Shown here: positions 58,427 to 61,344 of the stretch, one piece after another
Layout: each line of letters begins with the position of its first letter
Numbering within the stretch: position 1 is the first letter of the stretch
NCBI GenBank assembly: GCA_045133795.1
Contig: JBGUUT010000100.1
Coordinates: 1-61,344 of the forward strand
DNA: 61,344 bases
Direction of reading: 5' to 3'
Source: Spirochaetota bacterium
GTDB taxonomy: Bacteria > Spirochaetota > GWE2-31-10
Notes under the pieces: generated by a model
What the model was told of the DNA's origin: nothing
Databases searched by the model: none
Seen by the model: the letters and a program-made list of their open reading frames with translations, nothing else
Made by a program: the position numbers and the translations under genes

Positions 58427-59284
58427 ATGTTACCGGTTCTTTTGGTTGGGGATTTTACTCTGGATTTAGTGTATGAAGACGATAAATTTTATGCATCTGC
58501 CGGAGGTTCGGTGTTTAATGTTGCATCTGTTTTATCTAATCATAAAACAGATGTGCGTTTTATTTCACGAGTGGGAAATGATTTGCCAGGAAAAATTCTA
58601 TTATCTCAATTAAAGAAATTAGGGATTCCTCAGGATACAATTTTACAAGAGGATGATTTTAAAACGTCACTGGCATTTTGTGAATATAATCAGAACGGAA
58701 AACCTAGTTATTCGTTTTATAAAGAAAAAAAAGATTTCTTATATTCAGATGAGAAGTTGTGTAATATAAAGTGTAGTTTGTTGCATATAGGTTCTTCTTT
58801 TGCATTTTCACAAACAGCTTTTCCTTTCGTTTTGAAGTTCTGTAATATTATGAAAGAGCGTAAAACTCCAATTACTTATGATGTTAATTTAAGAAAGATA
58901 CCAACAAAAATAGAAAAAGAGCGAATTTCATTATTGATGGAAAAGGCTGATATAATAAAAGGTTCTGACGAAGATTTTGTGTTTTTATATGGAACTTCTG
59001 ATAAAACTTTTATAATGAATCAAATTTTAGCTGATTTTAATTGTAGGTTAGGTATTATTACGTACGGAAAAGACGGAGTATTTTTATTTTCAAGGTCTGG
59101 TTCTTGCTTTGTAGAACAGAAAAAAATCTTAGAAAATGCAAAATCAATCGGAGCAGGCGATTCTTTTATGGCGGGAATTATACTTTTTTATCAGAAAGAT
59201 TCTTCTCTTACAGATTTAGAGGAATTAGGACGTTTTGCTAATAGTGTTGCTGTTGATTTTCTATCCTCAAACGGATGTGTTTAA
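58427..59284 (+). CDS. PfkB family carbohydrate kinase (fructokinase-like)
   Basis: AGGS..NVA, VGND..G, YDVNLR, DIIKGS.ED, IGAGDSFMAG. Confidence 0.9.
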   Translation: MLPVLLVGDFTLDLVYEDDKFYASAGGSVFNVASVLSNHKTDVRFISRVGNDLPGKILLSQLKKLGIPQDTILQEDDFKTSLAFCEYNQNGKPSYSFYKEKKDFLYSDEKLCNIKCSLLHIGSSFAFSQTAFPFVLKFCNIMKERKTPITYDVNLRKIPTKIEKERISLLMEKADIIKGSDEDFVFLYGTSDKTFIMNQILADFNCRLGIITYGKDGVFLFSRSGSCFVEQKKILENAKSIGAGDSFMAGIILFYQKDSSLTDLEELGRFANSVAVDFLSSNGCV

Positions 59285-60535
59285 ATGGATAAAAAAAAGA
59301 AAAGAGTTTTATATATAGAAGACGATCAAAGTAGTTATTTGCTGATAAAGCGACTTTTAAAAAATTCAGATGTAACTTTAGTTCAAGCAGAGGATAGTTT
59401 AAAAGGCTTGGAGCTTGTAAAAAAGCAAGATTTTGCTTTAATTTTGATTGATATAAATATGTCAGGGCTTAACGGTTATGAAACAGCAACACGCTTGAAA
59501 ATGTTAAAAAGTAAAATTCCTGTAGTAGCACTTACTGCAAATAAAATGGACCGTGCAAAAGAACGTGCTTTAATGTCCGGGTGTGATGGTTTTATAAACA
59601 AGCCTTTTAATCCGTTGATGTTTCCAATTTTAATATCAGAATATATAAATGGGCGTAAAGATAAAATTTCAAGTAATGAACGAATGATGGAAGCTTTGAT
59701 TTTGAATAATCAATCTGCGGTTTGTCATTTAGAAGAGCAAATCAGAGAATTAAAGCGAGCAAATCAAGAATTAAGAGAATTGGACAAGATGAAATCTCGT
59801 TTTATATCATTAGTTTCTCATGAATTGAGAACTCCCTTATCTCCCATTGTTGGATATTTGAGTTTTTTACTTGGTAATACATCCAATTTTACTGAACGTG
59901 AGAATAGAATTCTGAATATTATATTTAAAAATTCTAAAAGGCTTGAACGGCTTTTAAATAATTTATTTACCTTGAATTTGTTGGAACGTGATGAAACGTT
60001 CCTTTCTTGCGAAAATGTTAAATTTAAAACTTTAATTTCAGGTTTGATGGAAGATTTTCATTTGGTTTTTGAAAAGCGTAATTTGCAGTGTGAATTTATT
60101 TGTGAAAATGAAATTCCAGAAATTTATTGTGATGAAGCAAAGATAGAACAAGTATTTTTTGCATTATTGGAAAATGCAACAAAGTATACAAATGATAATG
60201 GTAAAATCTCAATTTATCTAAATTATCCGTCTCGTAATATTTTAAAAAAATATGATTTATCTCCTAATGATTATGTGGAAGTAATATTTGAAGATAACGG
60301 AATCGGAATCCCGGAAAATCAATTGAATGCAATTTTTGAAAAGTTTGTAGAATTATCAGATATAGACAGACATCATACTTCAAATGAAGATTTTCTCGGT
60401 TGCGGTCCCGGAATAGGTTTGTCATTGTGCAAAGGAATCGTGAAAGAACATAAAGGTTTTATATGGGCTGAAAACCGCCGTTCGCATAAAGGCAGTAGAT
60501 TTTATGTAATACTTCCGCTGGAAATGACAAATTAA
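59285..60535 (+). CDS. Soluble hybrid response regulator / histidine kinase
   Basis: REC domain (IEDD, LIDINM, ALTA, KP); HisKA SHELRTPL; ENATKY, DNGIGI, GIGLS. Confidence 0.93.
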   Translation: MDKKKKRVLYIEDDQSSYLLIKRLLKNSDVTLVQAEDSLKGLELVKKQDFALILIDINMSGLNGYETATRLKMLKSKIPVVALTANKMDRAKERALMSGCDGFINKPFNPLMFPILISEYINGRKDKISSNERMMEALILNNQSAVCHLEEQIRELKRANQELRELDKMKSRFISLVSHELRTPLSPIVGYLSFLLGNTSNFTERENRILNIIFKNSKRLERLLNNLFTLNLLERDETFLSCENVKFKTLISGLMEDFHLVFEKRNLQCEFICENEIPEIYCDEAKIEQVFFALLENATKYTNDNGKISIYLNYPSRNILKKYDLSPNDYVEVIFEDNGIGIPENQLNAIFEKFVELSDIDRHHTSNEDFLGCGPGIGLSLCKGIVKEHKGFIWAENRRSHKGSRFYVILPLEMTN

Positions 60536-61242
60536 TCTGAGGAGAGCGGAAGATTAAAAATAAAACCGTGATCTGTTTTTTTAGAAAAAAGATTTTCAGT
60601 TAAATCATTCCATTTTTTCCCAAAGAGATATTTAATATTTCCGTTTGCATCATTTACTATTTTTTCGATAAATAATGGAAATAATCCACGCTTACAATTT
60701 TCAACTTCTTTGTATGTAAAATAATCTGATTCTATAAAAATCGGACTTGTGGAATCTGTATAATAAAAAATAATATTTTGCTCGTCTTTATCAATTTTAA
60801 TTCTGATTTCATTATTTGTAGTTTTTTTCATTTCTTTAAAAGAAAAGGAAAAAAGATTGTTTAGTAAGTGGTAAAATCTTTCTCTTACGAATTTTATTTC
60901 AATATTTTCAGGAATTTGAGCTATAACTCGAATTTCTTTATCATTAATATCGTAGGTTTTTTGTTTTAAAAATCGATTCCATTCGGATTGAATATGAATA
61001 TTTTCAAAATAAAGATTATCTTCTTCTGAAAAATAATTATCAATATTGGAAAGTAAGTCTTCAATTTTAAAACTGGAATATAAAATATTTTGTAGATACG
61101 ATCTTATTTCAGTGTTAATAGTTTCATCAATTTGAAGAATAGAAGAAAAACCGATTACAATATTTAGAGGATTACGAATATCTTGTATTATTTGCGGAAT
61201 AGCTTTTCCGAAAATCTTTTCTTTATCTTTTTTTGTATCCAT
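60532..61242 (-). CDS. Degenerate histidine-kinase-like protein (probable pseudokinase)
   Basis: H-box-like IQDIRNPLNIVIGFSSIL with Gln at the His position; eroded HATPase motifs; terminal GFIFNLP. Confidence 0.75.
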   Translation of the reverse strand: MDTKKDKEKIFGKAIPQIIQDIRNPLNIVIGFSSILQIDETINTEIRSYLQNILYSSFKIEDLLSNIDNYFSEEDNLYFENIHIQSEWNRFLKQKTYDINDKEIRVIAQIPENIEIKFVRERFYHLLNNLFSFSFKEMKKTTNNEIRIKIDKDEQNIIFYYTDSTSPIFIESDYFTYKEVENCKRGLFPLFIEKIVNDANGNIKYLFGKKWNDLTENLFSKKTDHGFIFNLPLSSD

Positions 61243-61269
61243 ATTTTCTCCTGATGAGGCAAATTAAAA

Positions 61270-61344
61270 TTAACGATATGGGAGACAAATCATATTGGCT
61301 TTTACTCCAAGTTCTTCAATTTTTTCTTTTGCCATTTCTTCTGT
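61270..61344 (-). CDS. 3' end of a CDS entering from beyond the window
   Basis: Open frame ...TEEMAKEKIEELGVKANMICLPYR-stop, just upstream of the SD of the next gene. Confidence 0.5.
   Translation of the reverse strand, partial: TEEMAKEKIEELGVKANMICLPYR

Overview
AT-rich, gene-dense bacterial chromosomal window. The gene order TPR-mreBCD-mrdA-rodA-radical SAM, the degenerate YmdB and the Rpn gene suggest a spirochaete (inference). Most of it is housekeeping: pth-tilS-rarA, a cell-shape operon, grpE-dnaK-dnaJ, yebC-ruvCAB-queA, dinB, an ABC-F ATPase, ispD/ispF/ispE, rplY, pgsA, tRNA-Gly and tRNA-Gln, plus signalling and envelope genes. No CRISPR array, prophage or intact IS was found. The most unusual signals are mostly non-coding. 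(1) An unassigned, highly structured ~240-nt RNA candidate with its own sigma70 promoter (36250-36494), beside an Rpn nuclease gene that has an internal SD+ATG for a putative intragenic antitoxin. (2) An ~80-nt minus-strand sRNA candidate with a C-rich anti-Shine-Dalgarno loop, a terminator and a sigma28-like promoter (30307-30386). (3) A dispersed repeat [hairpin]-TTCGTTCG-[hairpin]-CTCACCG whose stems change sequence but keep pairing. At protein level there is a ~60-aa module apparently shared by an O-antigen ligase and a chemoreceptor, a His-less pseudo-histidine kinase and a degenerate YmdB. All calls come from reading motifs by eye; no database searches were run.
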